A DNA stretch of 64,000 bases. Source: Carcharhinus longimanus. Lineage: Eukaryota. The notes beneath the pieces were generated by a model that saw nothing but the letters and a program-made list of their open reading frames with translations, had not been told where the DNA came from and searched no databases. Both the position numbers and the translations under genes were made by a program. Positions 25,115 to 37,497 of the stretch are shown piece after piece. Each line of letters begins with the position of its first letter. Position 1 is the first letter of the stretch. The DNA is taken from the NCBI GenBank assembly GCA_030264375.1, contig JASCQW010000099.1:61983550-62047549 (forward strand), read 5' to 3'.

Positions 25115-25390
25115 ACATAGAATCACTACAGTGCAGAAGGAGGCCATTTGGCCCATCGAGCCTACACCGACAACAATTCCACCCAGGCTCTGTCCCATGT
25201 ATTTACACTGCTAGTTCTCCTGACACTAAGGGGCAATTTATCAAGGCCAACCAACCTATCCCGCACATCTTTGGATTCTGGGAGGAAACCTATGCAGACA
25301 CGGGAGAGTGTGCAACCTCCACACAGACAATCACCCCAGACTGGAATTGAACACGGGTCCCTGGCACGGTGGGGCAGCAGTGCTAACCTA
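25115..25390 (-). mobile_element. HE1-like SINE
   Basis: catagaatcactacagtgcagaaggaggccatttggccc tail, plus core and head. Confidence 0.82.
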
Positions 25391-26794
25391 CAACGTGCTT
25401 TTAAATGCTTTCAGAAACAATCCCCTTGGGAATAGTAATGGTGGACTGGAATTTATCTTTGATTTTTTTCTTCCCCCTCAAAGTGCATTTAGCTACCTTA
25501 TTGAGAAGTTGGCTATGAAATAAGTGGGGGGCAATTCTCCCATCCCATTGCGCTAATTTTTAAATCTCCAGCCCTGCTAGCCTCTCCCATCCCACCAGAG
25601 TATTTCACTCCAGCAGAGATTACAGCAGCTCCCCACTTCCAGGGCGCTAGCACCCCGACCCTGTTGGAGTGAAAGTGGGGCAATCGGGGCTCCCCAGAGG
25701 GTCAGGCGATGTGTGTGTGTTTTTTTTTGGTGGGGTGGAGTGCCAATGCCAGAGGGCACCATTACAAACTCTACACACAAACCAGAACTGAACCTGGGTG
25801 CCTGGTGATTTGAGGCAGCAGTGTTAACCACTGTGCAGTCCAGTTGCTGGTGAAAACACCTGAATGGATAAATCGTCTATAAAGGGTAAAATTAAGGTGA
25901 GTGCTCTCTTAGCTCAAAAAGACATTACACATCTGAATATTGGGTTTTCCAGCATATTACCATCCATGGAAGTGTGTCTCATTTTAAAACCTAGTATTAT
26001 TTTACAGGATGTTATTTTAACCTATAGTTTAAAAATAAATCTACTTTTCTAGAGACTTAAATGTAAAAGGCTGAATTCATAATTAGGGTTTATTTGTCTT
26101 ACTAGATATTGCTTTTCTGAAGATTTAAAAAGTAAACATTTTACTCTAAATTTACAAGTTATTATTTATTGCCTCACAAACATTTATATTTTGTGCGCTA
26201 CTCTTTGACATCCCAAGAAGTTTTGGGATATACACTGTCTACCCTGTAGACTTTTACAAATCTTTGAATACTGAGTTAACAATGCACAAAACTGTGGAGA
26301 GTACACTGCACTTGGGAGTCACTGGCATTGTACTGGTGAGAGGAAGTCTGCTTTACAATAACTCCCAACCTCTCTCTTTGCGCATTGACTCTTCATTTTT
26401 ACCCTGAAGCAAAGCAACATGAACGGCAATACTCCAATTAATTCGATATAATAATTTTGAACAATACTAATATTTTAGGATACATGTCAAAGGCTACTGA
26501 AACAGGATGTGGTACCATTCTGCCTGTGTGTTTTAACCCACGCCATTCTCAAAATATTCATCATATTTCTATAAATGTTCATGTAGTGGTTAGAAATTAA
26601 GGGCGAGTCTCATTCTCCAAACGCCTTTGTTGCATAGTAAAAATAATAATCATGCTCTAAGAAAACCTGAGGTGACCTAAGTGTGTCTTAATCAACAGAT
26701 GCTCTTGTCTTCCAAGCTGTCTCCAAGGAACCTTTCTGACTGAGTGACACAGCTTATTTTAATGGTTATTTTGTGTTTATTTTAATGAACTAAC

Positions 26795-26905
26795 CTGAGT
26801 GCTGCATTGTTTCTTTGCTTCAGTGTCCATAGCAAAAAGCTTCTCAATCAGTTCAATCTTGAGATCATTGTCCAAGGAACTGTAATAGTCTCCAGGGCTA
26901 CTTGG
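26795..26905 (-). CDS. EPAS1: EPAS1 exon 11 equivalent; not in the ORF track
   Basis: ttgtag|CCA AGT AGC...ACT CAG|gttagt; 111 nt. Encodes [37 protein letters not shown]. Confidence 0.96.
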
Positions 26906-29053
26906 CTACAATTGCAAAGTAAAGAAACGTTTTGAAATGTATTGTCCTGATGAATAATCTGATTCATCCCTTTACTATAGTTCTTCACTAAATGGTATCA
27001 AGCATCACTTACAGCTGTCTCATAGGTCTGATTCTAAAGCTTTGTTGGGTGCAATGAATGAAGGTACTGTTGTTTTTCAGAACTTGGTTTCAAAAACAAT
27101 GATATAGAGAAAATAATCGGGTAGTGCAATTCTAACTAACTTAAGAGACCACTGTGGAAATGGCTACAAAATGTGAGATAAATTTCACCCCACCAGCACT
27201 AAAAGAACATCGTAATGGCAGACTAAGAAGTAACATTAAAGCATAATATCCTTTTAATTTCAGAGAATTTATATTTCTGTGGCTACAGACACGAAGGAAA
27301 ACTTATTTATGGGGAAAAGGCAGAAGAATGGGGATGAGAAAAATATCAGCCACGATTGAATGGAGGAGTAGGCTCGATGGTCCGAGTGGCCTAATTCTGC
27401 TCCTATGTCTTATGGTTTAAGATCTTAATTTGCACACAACTATGGTATGAATTAGACTTAGCTTTATTTAACAAATATTTGAGATATAAATTCTAATTGT
27501 GTTTTTCAGTACCACTCATAAAGATCTTTTCAATCCTTTGGATATACACACACTACAGGAATAAATTTAGAAGCATGCAATACCCAGCAGCATCACATAA
27601 TTACTGGTCAAGGGACTATTGGCAATGTATGGCATTTAATGGACAGCTGGAAAGAGCCCTGTGGTGCCTCCTTTTGGGAAGGCCCGCTGGCATTAAATGC
27701 CTCTTAGGGCACAAGGAACCAGGGGTGGAAATCACATCCCTCGAGCTGCTGACAATTGTACATTGATTAGCAGCGCCAGGGGGAGCCGTGGCTGCTGTGG
27801 GCAACGCACCTATCTGAGGCCAGGATCACCAAGGGACGGAGGCCACAGGTTAGTGATGGCAGGATAGGAGTTATGGAGAGAAGGGAGTGGGGTTGGCAGC
27901 TGCTGTCTTTTCCACATCTCCTTTCCCTATTCCTCATCAAGTATTGAGTGTCTTTGAATGTGGCGGCCCTCCCAATCCACCCGGGAGACCTTAAGAAACC
28001 TGAATAGGGTTTGCTTTCCTGGCTGCCTGCATTGGAATGCATTTCCTAAGCACTCTTGGGTATAAAGATGGGATTTTCTGGGCTTACTCACTGCTGGAAT
28101 CCTTCGAACTGATGCAAGTCAATGGCTGGAATGTTATAGCCATTCACGCTGGCAGGATTTTCCCATTCTGCCGCAATGAACGGAGATTTGGCTGGGCGGT
28201 AAATTCTCTGACCTCGCTTTAATGGGAGCATGGCAGGAACGGTCGGTAAGAACACATCCAATGGATTTTTGGCTAGGTGGCTGAATCTCTTGTGGTTGTT
28301 CCCACTACGAGTGGGCCAGAAAATCCCAACTGCAGTGTTTTTTTTCTCTTATTAAAAGCTTACATTTACACCATACATCCTGCTTAAGAAAAGCAAGGAA
28401 TTTGGAGAGAGTTAGCTGTGGTAGCCAAAAACCGGGTTGAAATGATGTGTTTTGAAAAGTCTGTTGAAGGTGATCAAATGAAGGGTGGGTTTTAGGTAGA
28501 GAGGTTTAAAGTGTGAGGCAAAATGGTGGGGGCGGGCAGGACAAATTGACGTGAGGGGAATGTACACCATTAGAGGGTGCCAAAATGTGGAAGAGAATGC
28601 AGAGTGAGGCAAGACAGTGGATGGATTTGTAGATGAAGACAAGAACTTCAAATTCAATCCTTTGAGGCAGAAACGAGTACATGCCAGTGAAAATGGGTTT
28701 GATGGAGAACTTGTTGCAAGATAGATGGAAGTGACAGTTTTGGGCGATTTGAAATTTGTAGAGGCTGGAGGACAGGCGAATATTGGAAATCAAGTGTAGT
28801 ATCGAGAATGGGATTTATATGTTAAGGGGGAGTAAGATGGAAGCGAAGTTGGGCGTTGTTTTGACCTATCTTTGGTCAACCTCTCTTAATTTTATTCCTG
28901 TTGTACAGTGTCTATTCCTTTAACTAACTGATTTTCTCTTCCACTTCCCATTCCCCCAGTGTGGCATGTTCTAGACTAAACATTTTATATAGATGTGAGT
29001 TAAGCTGCTGCAGTTCTGAAGTCGAGCGACAGTAATTTTGTCTGGTCACTTAC

Positions 29054-29262
29054 TGAGGAGCAAGAGGTGCTGCTACATGTGCGCGGAGTGGAGTTGCCTG
29101 ATGGCACCTGTGGCACAGTAAATGTGTGCAAGTCCGGTGACGACTGCTTGCTGAGCTCGGCAGGACCTTTCACGCTTGGCTTTGTAACTTCCATTGGCCA
29201 CGGCTTGTTTTGTGGGATAATACCCTTATTATAAAGGGGTGTTTCCTTGAACTGCTGGGTTC
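29054..29262 (-). CDS. EPAS1: EPAS1 exon 10 equivalent
   Basis: cactag|GA ACC CAG...TCC TCA|gtaagt; 209 nt. Encodes (G)TQQFKETPLYNKGIIPQNKPWPME...LHTFTVPQVPSGNSTPRTCSSTSCSS. Confidence 0.92.
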
Positions 29263-31491
29263 CTAGTGAAGATGACAAAGAATACATTAGTTGAAATTGT
29301 TGTTTTGCCACTAAGCAAAATGACTCTAATAATTTGCCACCTTGACAGGATTTGGATAAATTGGGCACCCAACAATGGTTGTACAATGAATCATTTTGAT
29401 TGCACCTGAGACAATTCACATTGTTTTGCAATGAAGGCTCGAATAGAAATGTTGCCCAATTTGCATTATCTATCAGTGCCTACCGTATTTTATTATTTGC
29501 TTCCTTTATAAGTTTCCCTCTCACAATACAGCAATCTCAAACCATGCTAAGATCTCTTATGATTCTAGTCGAAAGATTATGAGGGTAGTCGGAGTTGTTT
29601 TTCTTCCCATTTTTCTCTCCTTGCCTGTTTTCTATTTGGTTGCCTCACTAAAAATACACAGCTGAAATTATAGCACACTTGATTGTGAACAATCACAGAT
29701 ATGAGGCCCGCTTCTCCTGTTCCGAGGCTAAGTGCCCACGTTGGTGGGAAGACCAGAGTGCTTCCCCACTGGCATTGAAAGCGTCTGTCACGTGGGATTC
29801 ACCCACCTGAAAGATGCAAATAAGCTCATTTCAAGCCAGCCATACTGCCAGTTTCGAGACCAGACCACCATTTTTAAATTGCACCCAATCTCCGCACCCA
29901 CGGACTTGCCCCTTCCCCCAAGGAATGAAATGGTATTCCCTGCCCATTTTGACCAGGAGAGCACCACTAACTCCTCACCAAAGAAGGTCATCCTCCGCTG
30001 CCCACTCACAACTAAGAGATAGCCCCCTTCCCTCCCCCTGCCCAGCAACACCACACAGGCATGAGGGGACCCGACACAACCCATCCACCCATTCAGACCC
30101 TTCTCGTCTCAAATTACCCCCCCACCCCCAGAGTCCCTCTCATCATCACTCCCCCCAAACTCCCCTATTTAGCCCCTTCGGCCNNNNNNNNNNNNNNNNN
30201 NNNNNNNNNNNNNNNNNNNNNNNNNNNNNNNNNNNNNNNNNNNNNNNNNNNNNNNNNNNNNNNNNNNNNNNNNNNNNNNNNNNNNNNNNNNNNNNNNNNN
30301 NNNNNNNNNNNNNNNNNNNNNNNNNNNNNNNNNNNNNNNNNNNNNNNNNNNNNNNNNNNNNNNNNNNNNNNNNNNNNNNNNNNNNNNNNNNNNNNNNNNN
30401 NNNNNNNNNNNNNNNNNNNNNNNNNNNNNNNNNNNNNNNNNNNNNNNNNNNNNNNNNNNNNNNNNNNNNNNNNNNNNNNNNNNNNNNNNNNNNNNNNNNN
30501 NNNNNNNNNNNNNNNNNNNNNNNNNNNNNNNNNNNNNNNNNNNNNNNNNNNNNNNNNNNNNNNNNNNNNNNNNNNNNNNNNNNNNNNNNNNNNNNNNNNN
30601 NNNNNNNNNNNNNNNNNNNNNNNNNNNNNNNNNNNNNNNNNNNNNNNNNNNNNNNNNNNNNNNNNNNNNNNNNNNNNNNNNNNNNNNNNNNNNNNNNNNN
30701 NNNNNNNNNNNNNNNNNNNNNNNNNNNNNNNNNNNNNNNNNNNNNNNNNNNNNNNNNNNNNNNNNNNNNNNNNNNNNNNNNNNNNNNNNNNNNNNNNNNN
30801 NNNNNNNNNNNNNNNNNNNNNNNNNNNNNNNNNNNNNNNNNNNNNNNNNNNNNNNNNNNNNNNNNNNNNNNNNNNNNNNNNNNNNNNNNNNACTGTTGGC
30901 ACTGCCAATGCACATGGACTAAAGAAGATGAATGTGCAACCTGAAGGGGAAGGGGGGCTGAGGGGGGATTGGGCTGGGTCACTCTCATGCCTGCATGGTG
31001 TGGGCCAGGGGTGGCTTGTGATTTGAGTAATGGGAGAGAGAAATCCCCTATTTTCGGAGGGGTTGATGGCACTCCCCTGGACTCTCAAGGTCCAGCAGGC
31101 CATGCCCTGCTTGTGAGTAGGAATGCCAAAGCCTGCCTGGTGCAATTTCGCTGCCACGCGGGTAAATGGCAGAAGGCTGGTGAATTGGCTATCAAACCCG
31201 CTAATAACATTCAAATCAACGGATTTGCATAATTATTAGATTGCCACCCACTCTGGGTGGGAACCCAATCAGGGCCAACGGGGCGGGTTGGGTGACTCCC
31301 GAGAACCCTCATGCCCGTCGGAAATCCCGATTTTTGGCTGCCGGACCATTCACCGGGATAGGGATTCCTGCCAGTCATCTGAGGAGGTCGGAGAATCACT
31401 CCATGGTTTGTCTATTGTTGAAGTTTAACAACGTCTTGATGTTTTAAATTCTAACAATTTACAACTGTTCTTAACTCCATACCATTGATAC

Positions 31492-31706
31492 CGAAATCAA
31501 GTAAAATGATGGAATCTCCAGGTGTCGGAGCAAGTTGTGCTAGTTCTTCAGGTTCTTCCTTCAGTTTGCTGAACAGCAGGCCACTATCATCTGGCATTGG
31601 AGCTCCATTGATGTGCTTCCCATTCATATTTCTCATAGCTTGGCAAGGCTTGAACAGAGACTCTGTCTGGTCCATGGAGAACACAACATTATTCTCCTCA
31701 ATCTCA
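31492..31706 (-). CDS. EPAS1: EPAS1 exon 9 equivalent (NODD, LAQLAP prolyl-hydroxylation motif)
   Basis: tttcag|T GAG ATT...TTC G|gtatca; 215 nt. Encodes [20 protein letters not shown]...[26 protein letters not shown] second in-frame donor would end the exon at 31483. Confidence 0.93.
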
Positions 31707-32187
31707 CTGAAATTGCAAAACAATTGTTTCAGATTTTTTAAAAACAGTATTGTAGACTAAAAGAGAAAGAAACAGTGTGCATTTATTTAACATATTCTCA
31801 CATTCTCATGACATTCCAAGGCAAGTTATCATCAGTGACTTTTGTAGTCACAGTTATGTTGACAACCACTGTAGCCTGTTTGGTGCACCACAAGGTTCCA
31901 CATGCATGTGGTCATTGAATGAATGAAAAAACTATCTGGTTTTGGTTTGCATGAATGTTGGCCCAGATACTAGGAGAGCTCTTTGCTCATGTTCACGTTG
32001 CGCCATAGGGTTCTCATGGCCTGCTGAGTTTATGTGAATAATTACATTTTGTTTTCAATCAGTTTTGGTGTTGACATTGTCAATCAGTGTGAGTCTTTTC
32101 CTTAATACAGAAAGATCACACAAAAATACAATGGCTGACATTTCACTGCTGCTTTAAGATCTTTGATAATGTCCATTTGTAAACCAT

Positions 32188-32304
32188 GGGTGGGATTTTA
32201 TATCCTCGCTTGTCCCAATCCTGCCCGAGGTCAATGGACCTTTCTATGGTCCCTCCTTCACCTGCTTCAATTCCCGTGGCGGGCAGGATGGTAAAATTCC
32301 AGCT
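32188..32304. mobile_element. MITE with 13-bp imperfect TIRs and 3-bp TSD (CAT), PIF/Harbinger-like
   Basis: cat|gggtgggatttta ... taaaattccagct|cat. Confidence 0.75.
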
Positions 32305-32924
32305 CATTTGTCTGTACTTCTGAGATGATTGATCTTTCCATATAGAATGTGTATTTTCATCTTCATAAAGGTGGACAGCAAATTAAGGTTAAACATAGAA
32401 ACATAGTTTAAAAGGTCTTAGTTCTGATTTGGGATTGGTAAAATGACTCTCAGTAAGTATTCAGTCAAAAGACTTGTTCAGCTCTTGGGTATTTTTCTTT
32501 CTGTCCTCAACACTAAAAAGTTGATTCAGCGGGGATATGTACCAAGGAAATAGCCTTGTTACTATTATTGTAAAAACATTTGCTTTTACACATCTGATGA
32601 CCTCAATTTTCTTTTTGTCTCTACATACACAGACATCCAAATCTTTTCTCTGATTAAATCAAATTTCTTCTAAAGTGTAATGTTACCCCTTCAATGATAT
32701 TTGAACACAACTTTTGGATATTAGCAACATGTCTATTCAATAACTGTGGGTGATAAAATGATTTGCAGCGCTCTTACAGATTCATATGCAGGTGCGACTA
32801 GGTACCATTCTGTATTTCTATTTTTAAAATATTTTGTTGTTTTTAATGCAAGAAACAGTTCCTGTTAGGTGTCCTGTCATTTTTGACTAAATTGCTTGTA
32901 GCCCTTAAAGAATCTTTGTAAATT

Positions 32925-34065
32925 TTTTTTTATTCATTCATAGGACTTGGGCATCATTGGCTGGCCAGCATTTATTGTCCTTTCCTAGTTGTCCTTGAGA
33001 AGGTGGTGGTAAGCCACCTTCTTGAATTGTTGCAGTCCTTGTCCTGTGGATTGACCCACAATGCTGTTTGGGATTTTGACCCAGTGACTGCGAAGGAATG
33101 GTGATATATTTCCAAGTCAGGACAGTGAATGGTTTGGAGAGGAACTTGCAGGTGATGGTGTTCCCATGTATCTGCAGCCCTTGTCGTAGATGGAAGTAGT
33201 TCTGGGTTTGGAAAGTGCTGTCTGAGCATCTTTGGTGAATTGCTGCAGTGCATTTTGTAGCTAGTGCTTTGCTGCTGTTAAGTGCTGTGATGGAGGAAGT
33301 GGATGTTTATAAAATGTAGTGTCAATCAAGTGGGCTGCTTTGCCCTGGATGGTGTCAAGCTTTTTGAGTGTTGTTAGACCTGCACTTTCAGGCAAGTGGG
33401 GAGTGTACCATCACACTCCTGACGTATCTTGTAGGTGGTGGATAGGCTTTGGGGAGTCAGGAGGTGAATTATTCATCACAGTATTTCTAGCTTCTGATCT
33501 GCTCTTGTAGCCACTGTTTATGTGGCAAGTCCAGTTGAGTTTCTGAAGAATGGTAACCCCAAGAATGTTGACAGTGGAGGATTCAGTGATGGTAATATTA
33601 TTTAATGTCAAAGGGTGGTGGTTAGAGTGTCTCTTATTGGTGATGGCCATTGTGTGGCAAGAATGTTACATGCCACTTGTCAGCCCAAGCCTGGATATTG
33701 TNNNNNNNNNNNNNNNNNNNNNNNNNNNNNNNNNNNNNNNNNNNNNNNNNNNNNNNNNNNNNNNNNNNNNNNNNNNNNNNNNNNNNNNNNNNNNNNNNNN
33801 NNNNNNNNNNNNNNNNNNNNNNNNNNNNNNNNNNNNNNNNNNNNNNNNNNNNNNNNNNNNNNNNNNNNNNNNNNNNNNNNNNNATGTCCTGGAGCTGAGA
33901 TGACTGACCCTCCACAACCACAACCATCTTCCTATGTACCAGGTATGACTCCAACCAACGAAGAGTTTTCCCCTAATACCCATTGGTTTCAGTTTTGCTA
34001 GGCTCCTTGATGTCACACTCGGTCGAATGTGGCCTTGGTGTCAAGGGCTGTCAGTCTCACCTCAC
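32925..34065 (-). mobile_element. L2-like LINE 3' portion with decayed RT (spans an N-run)
   Basis: Translated remnants LAKLKPMGIRGKL, NIQAWADKWHVTF, NILGVTILQKLNWTCHIN; L2-type tail at the low end. Confidence 0.85.
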
Positions 34066-34396
34066 CTCATTCTATGTACAGAAGGGTATGTTGTCACCAG
34101 GGCTGCAGAAAAATAATCACTCCCTTTTACCACAATGTTTGCAGATCGCCCACTATCTATTTTTGCCATGATTGCAGAAAACTGACTCCCTTTCACCACC
34201 AGGGTTGCAGAAAGTCCACTCAGACGTTCCCCAGAAAGTAATACTGTGCAATAGATGGCAAATTCACCAATGTTTCAATTCACCACATCAAGAACAATAG
34301 AAGACTTATAGACATCAAAATAGGATTAGTTCAAGACAGAAATCCTGTCCTTAGCTTCCTGGCTCTGGAATCAATTGTGTAATAATGCAGGCATAC

Positions 34397-34544
34397 CTCA
34401 AGACATAATTGATGCAGACAATGCACTGTGGCTGAGAGTTACGGCTGTTGTAGATGACTGTCCCTTGGGTCTCGACCCACACATATCCACCACGTTTTGC
34501 GAGCATCCGGTACTGGCTAGTAACTGCTTGACCTTTAGTGCACA
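34397..34544 (-). CDS. EPAS1: EPAS1 exon 8 equivalent (PAS-B/PAC)
   Basis: ttttaaaag|TG TGC ACT...TTG AG|gtatgc; 148 nt. Encodes [48 protein letters not shown](S). Confidence 0.96.
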
Positions 34545-36789
34545 CTTTTAAAACAAAAATACAGAAAAACAATATCACTCCAGTTAATTCTTTTAGTTGC
34601 GCAAAAAGTGCTGATGGCTGCTATGTATAAATAATATGTTGCAATTCATCATGTATTCTGCATAAATCTTTGATTATATAACATTGACAACAGCAACACT
34701 AAATACTGTCCCCAAGAAACTCTGTATTCTATTTTTTGCTTGTGGTCTGAATAGAAATGGCTATTCTTTACCATGTTGTGTGTATAAATATTATTAAAAT
34801 ATATCTTCCAGCTTCTTGCACACTTTAAAAACACTTAAAAGATTAAAATACCAGAAAAATTGCATTCAGCATTTCTGAACGATGTTTTCTCCGTGTATGC
34901 TGTACATAAATACAGCATTATTTTCTGACTTATGAACCTGTTACTTTGTAATCTAAACTGTACTTTGATCCAATGTGAGTTTTGATAGGCTGCCGTAATC
35001 TGGTAGTTATCATTGTGTTTTTAAAGGATAATTACATTGGTCGCAATCAGTGAAATCTCAATGTGTGCCATGCTCCAGTTACTTGTTTTCCAGAAGGCCT
35101 TGTTATTGCTGTAATCTTGTTTTAAGCAGCACACAATGTCACCAGAAGGATACCTGCCGATCAGATAGGCCAGTGATTACGCAAGTATTGCCATGTGGAA
35201 GCTAAACTCTGCTGCTGATCTCTGTTTGCCTTCGACTGATCTACAAAACTGTTGCTTATGGGCACCTTACACAAAGGATACAGAATAAACAGAAATTGTT
35301 AATTTAAGACGTTCGTTTTTTTTCTTTTGCCACCACTGAAACTTCAAAGATTTCCCACCGTTGAGGATAAAAGCTTTGTCAGATGAGAAATTAAATTAGG
35401 TATCAAAAGGAGAAGTGCACAGTTAAAAGAAACAGAAGGTTTGAAATTGTATTCATTCAGCATTAGTTGTAGAACATGGGTCATTAATGGAGACAGCTGA
35501 ATGAATTAAGGATAAATTATATCCATCAAATAGGGTTTAAAAGTCTTTCTATTTTAATTTAGATAATTTCACTTCATTGCTGTTTTCTTATCTCTCTCTT
35601 CACTTGTATTTTGATGTACTACAGCCCCATCCCTCAATTATTATTATTCATCCAGTAAGATCCAGAATTCAGATCATGAATCCCTCTTTGCCTTTGTCAA
35701 GGCCATTGACTGGGAAACAGGATGGTTCCTGTGGCTAAGTTTGAACCAGAAATGTCCTCTTTATTCCTCATACAAGCCATGTTCTGAACTTGCAGGAAAC
35801 TCAAAGCCTAATTAGGATGGTTAAAATGAGGTTTCAAAGGGCTGAACTTTTGGTGAATCACTTCTGAATACACAAGGCTGTTCCTACATTATTTTGTTAT
35901 AATGCTCAACATAGTCATTATATTACCAGGAGACAGCAAATGGTTACTGGGGGTAAGTAATACAATGGGCTGTATATATTCACAGTTTCACCCAAACCGA
36001 TGTGCATTTTCCAACCACCAACTCAAAGTTTCTAACAGTGGAGCTGAAGGATATTCCCATTGTCCATCTCTTTGGAAACTATCTTGAGGAATGTTGTCCA
36101 GTTGAAGTCTGAACATTTCTAATGGTATGAATAAATTCCTAAATATATTATCAAGGTCAAATTTGCCACTGGAATACAGTTACACAACAGGAAACTTGAA
36201 AGTGCTGTTTCCAAAAATCAGCTACACCTCATCACAAGGTAAGTTCAGATGAAGAAAGCCTTTAAACCTATTTCTTTTCTCCCTCCCAGAATGACACGTC
36301 ATTGGTTTCCCATTTTTGCATCTACGTTGTGCTAATTCTTCAACAGTTTTGGAGGCAGTTCCTGTTAAAGATGTTGGAGAGGATTGTATTCCAGTCCCCT
36401 TTCAATAAAAGCCAATATACCAGTTGCTTTCCTAATTCATAACCATACCTGTATGTTAGCCTCCTATGTTTCATGTACAAAGAATCCCAAATCCTTCTGG
36501 GTAGCAGTATTTAATAGTTTGCTAGCATTGTTTTTCTATTCTTCCTATCAAAGTGAATAACCTGTCATTTTCTCAAACTATATTCCATTTTTATTACCTC
36601 CTATACCTAATTATATCCCATTGCAGACAGCTTGGGCAGAATTTTCACACCCTTGTGGAAGTCGGTTTGGAGGTAGGATGGTGGCAGGAAATTTAGAAGG
36701 GAAAATGTCGAATTTTTCGGAGGTGGCTTCAGGGAGTGACAGCTATTTTTCCAACAACAGGAGTAATTTGACAAGGAATTATACTTTGA

Positions 36790-37497
36790 AAGCTGTGGCA
36801 CTGGGAAGTTGCAAAGAACGAAGGGACTTTGGTGTGTTTGTCCATAGATCTCTGAAAGAAGGCAGGTTAATAGACTAGTGAAAAAGGCATGTGGCATACT
36901 CACCTTTATCAATCAGGGTATAGATTACAAAGGTACTGCGGTCATGATGGAGTTGTATAGAACTTTGATGAGGCCACAGCTAGCGTATTGTGTGCAGTTC
37001 TGTTTGCCACATTATAGGAAGTATGTGATCGCACTGGAAGGGTTGCAGATGAGATTCACCAGGATGTTGACTGGGATGGAACATTTAAGTTATAAAGAAA
37101 GATTGAATAGGCTTGGGTTGTTTTCTCTGGAGCAGAGAAGACTGAAGCAAGACCTGATTGAAAGTTCAAGATTATGACGGGCATGAACAGGGTGGATAGG
37201 GAGCAGCTGAAGGGTCAGTTACAAGGTGACACAGGTTAAAAGTGAGAGGTTTAAGGGGGATTTGAGGAAAAACTTCTTTACCCTGAGGGTGGTGACGGTC
37301 GGCAATGCACTGCCTGGGAGGATGCCTCACATCCTTTAAAAGCACTTGGGTGAGTACTTAGCAAGTCATAACATTCCAGGCTGTGGGCCAAGTGTTGGCA
37401 AGTGGGATTAGGTAGGCAGGTCAGGGCCTTTCATGTGTCACTGTGGACTCAATGGGCCAAAGGGTCTCTTCTGTACTGCAGTATTCTATGATTCTGT
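36790..37497 (+). mobile_element. CR1/HER1-like LINE 3' fragment
   Basis: ORF 36878-37177 KKACGILTFINQGIDYK...LYRTLMRPQLAYCVQF...LGLFSLEQRRL is the CR1 ORF2 C-terminus; tail attctatgattctgtg. Confidence 0.9.

Noticed and set aside
30184-30891. Long ORFs of 150-410 aa in the track (here and at 7.9, 12.8, 33.7 and 40.7 kb)
   Set aside because: They are artefacts of translating through N-runs.
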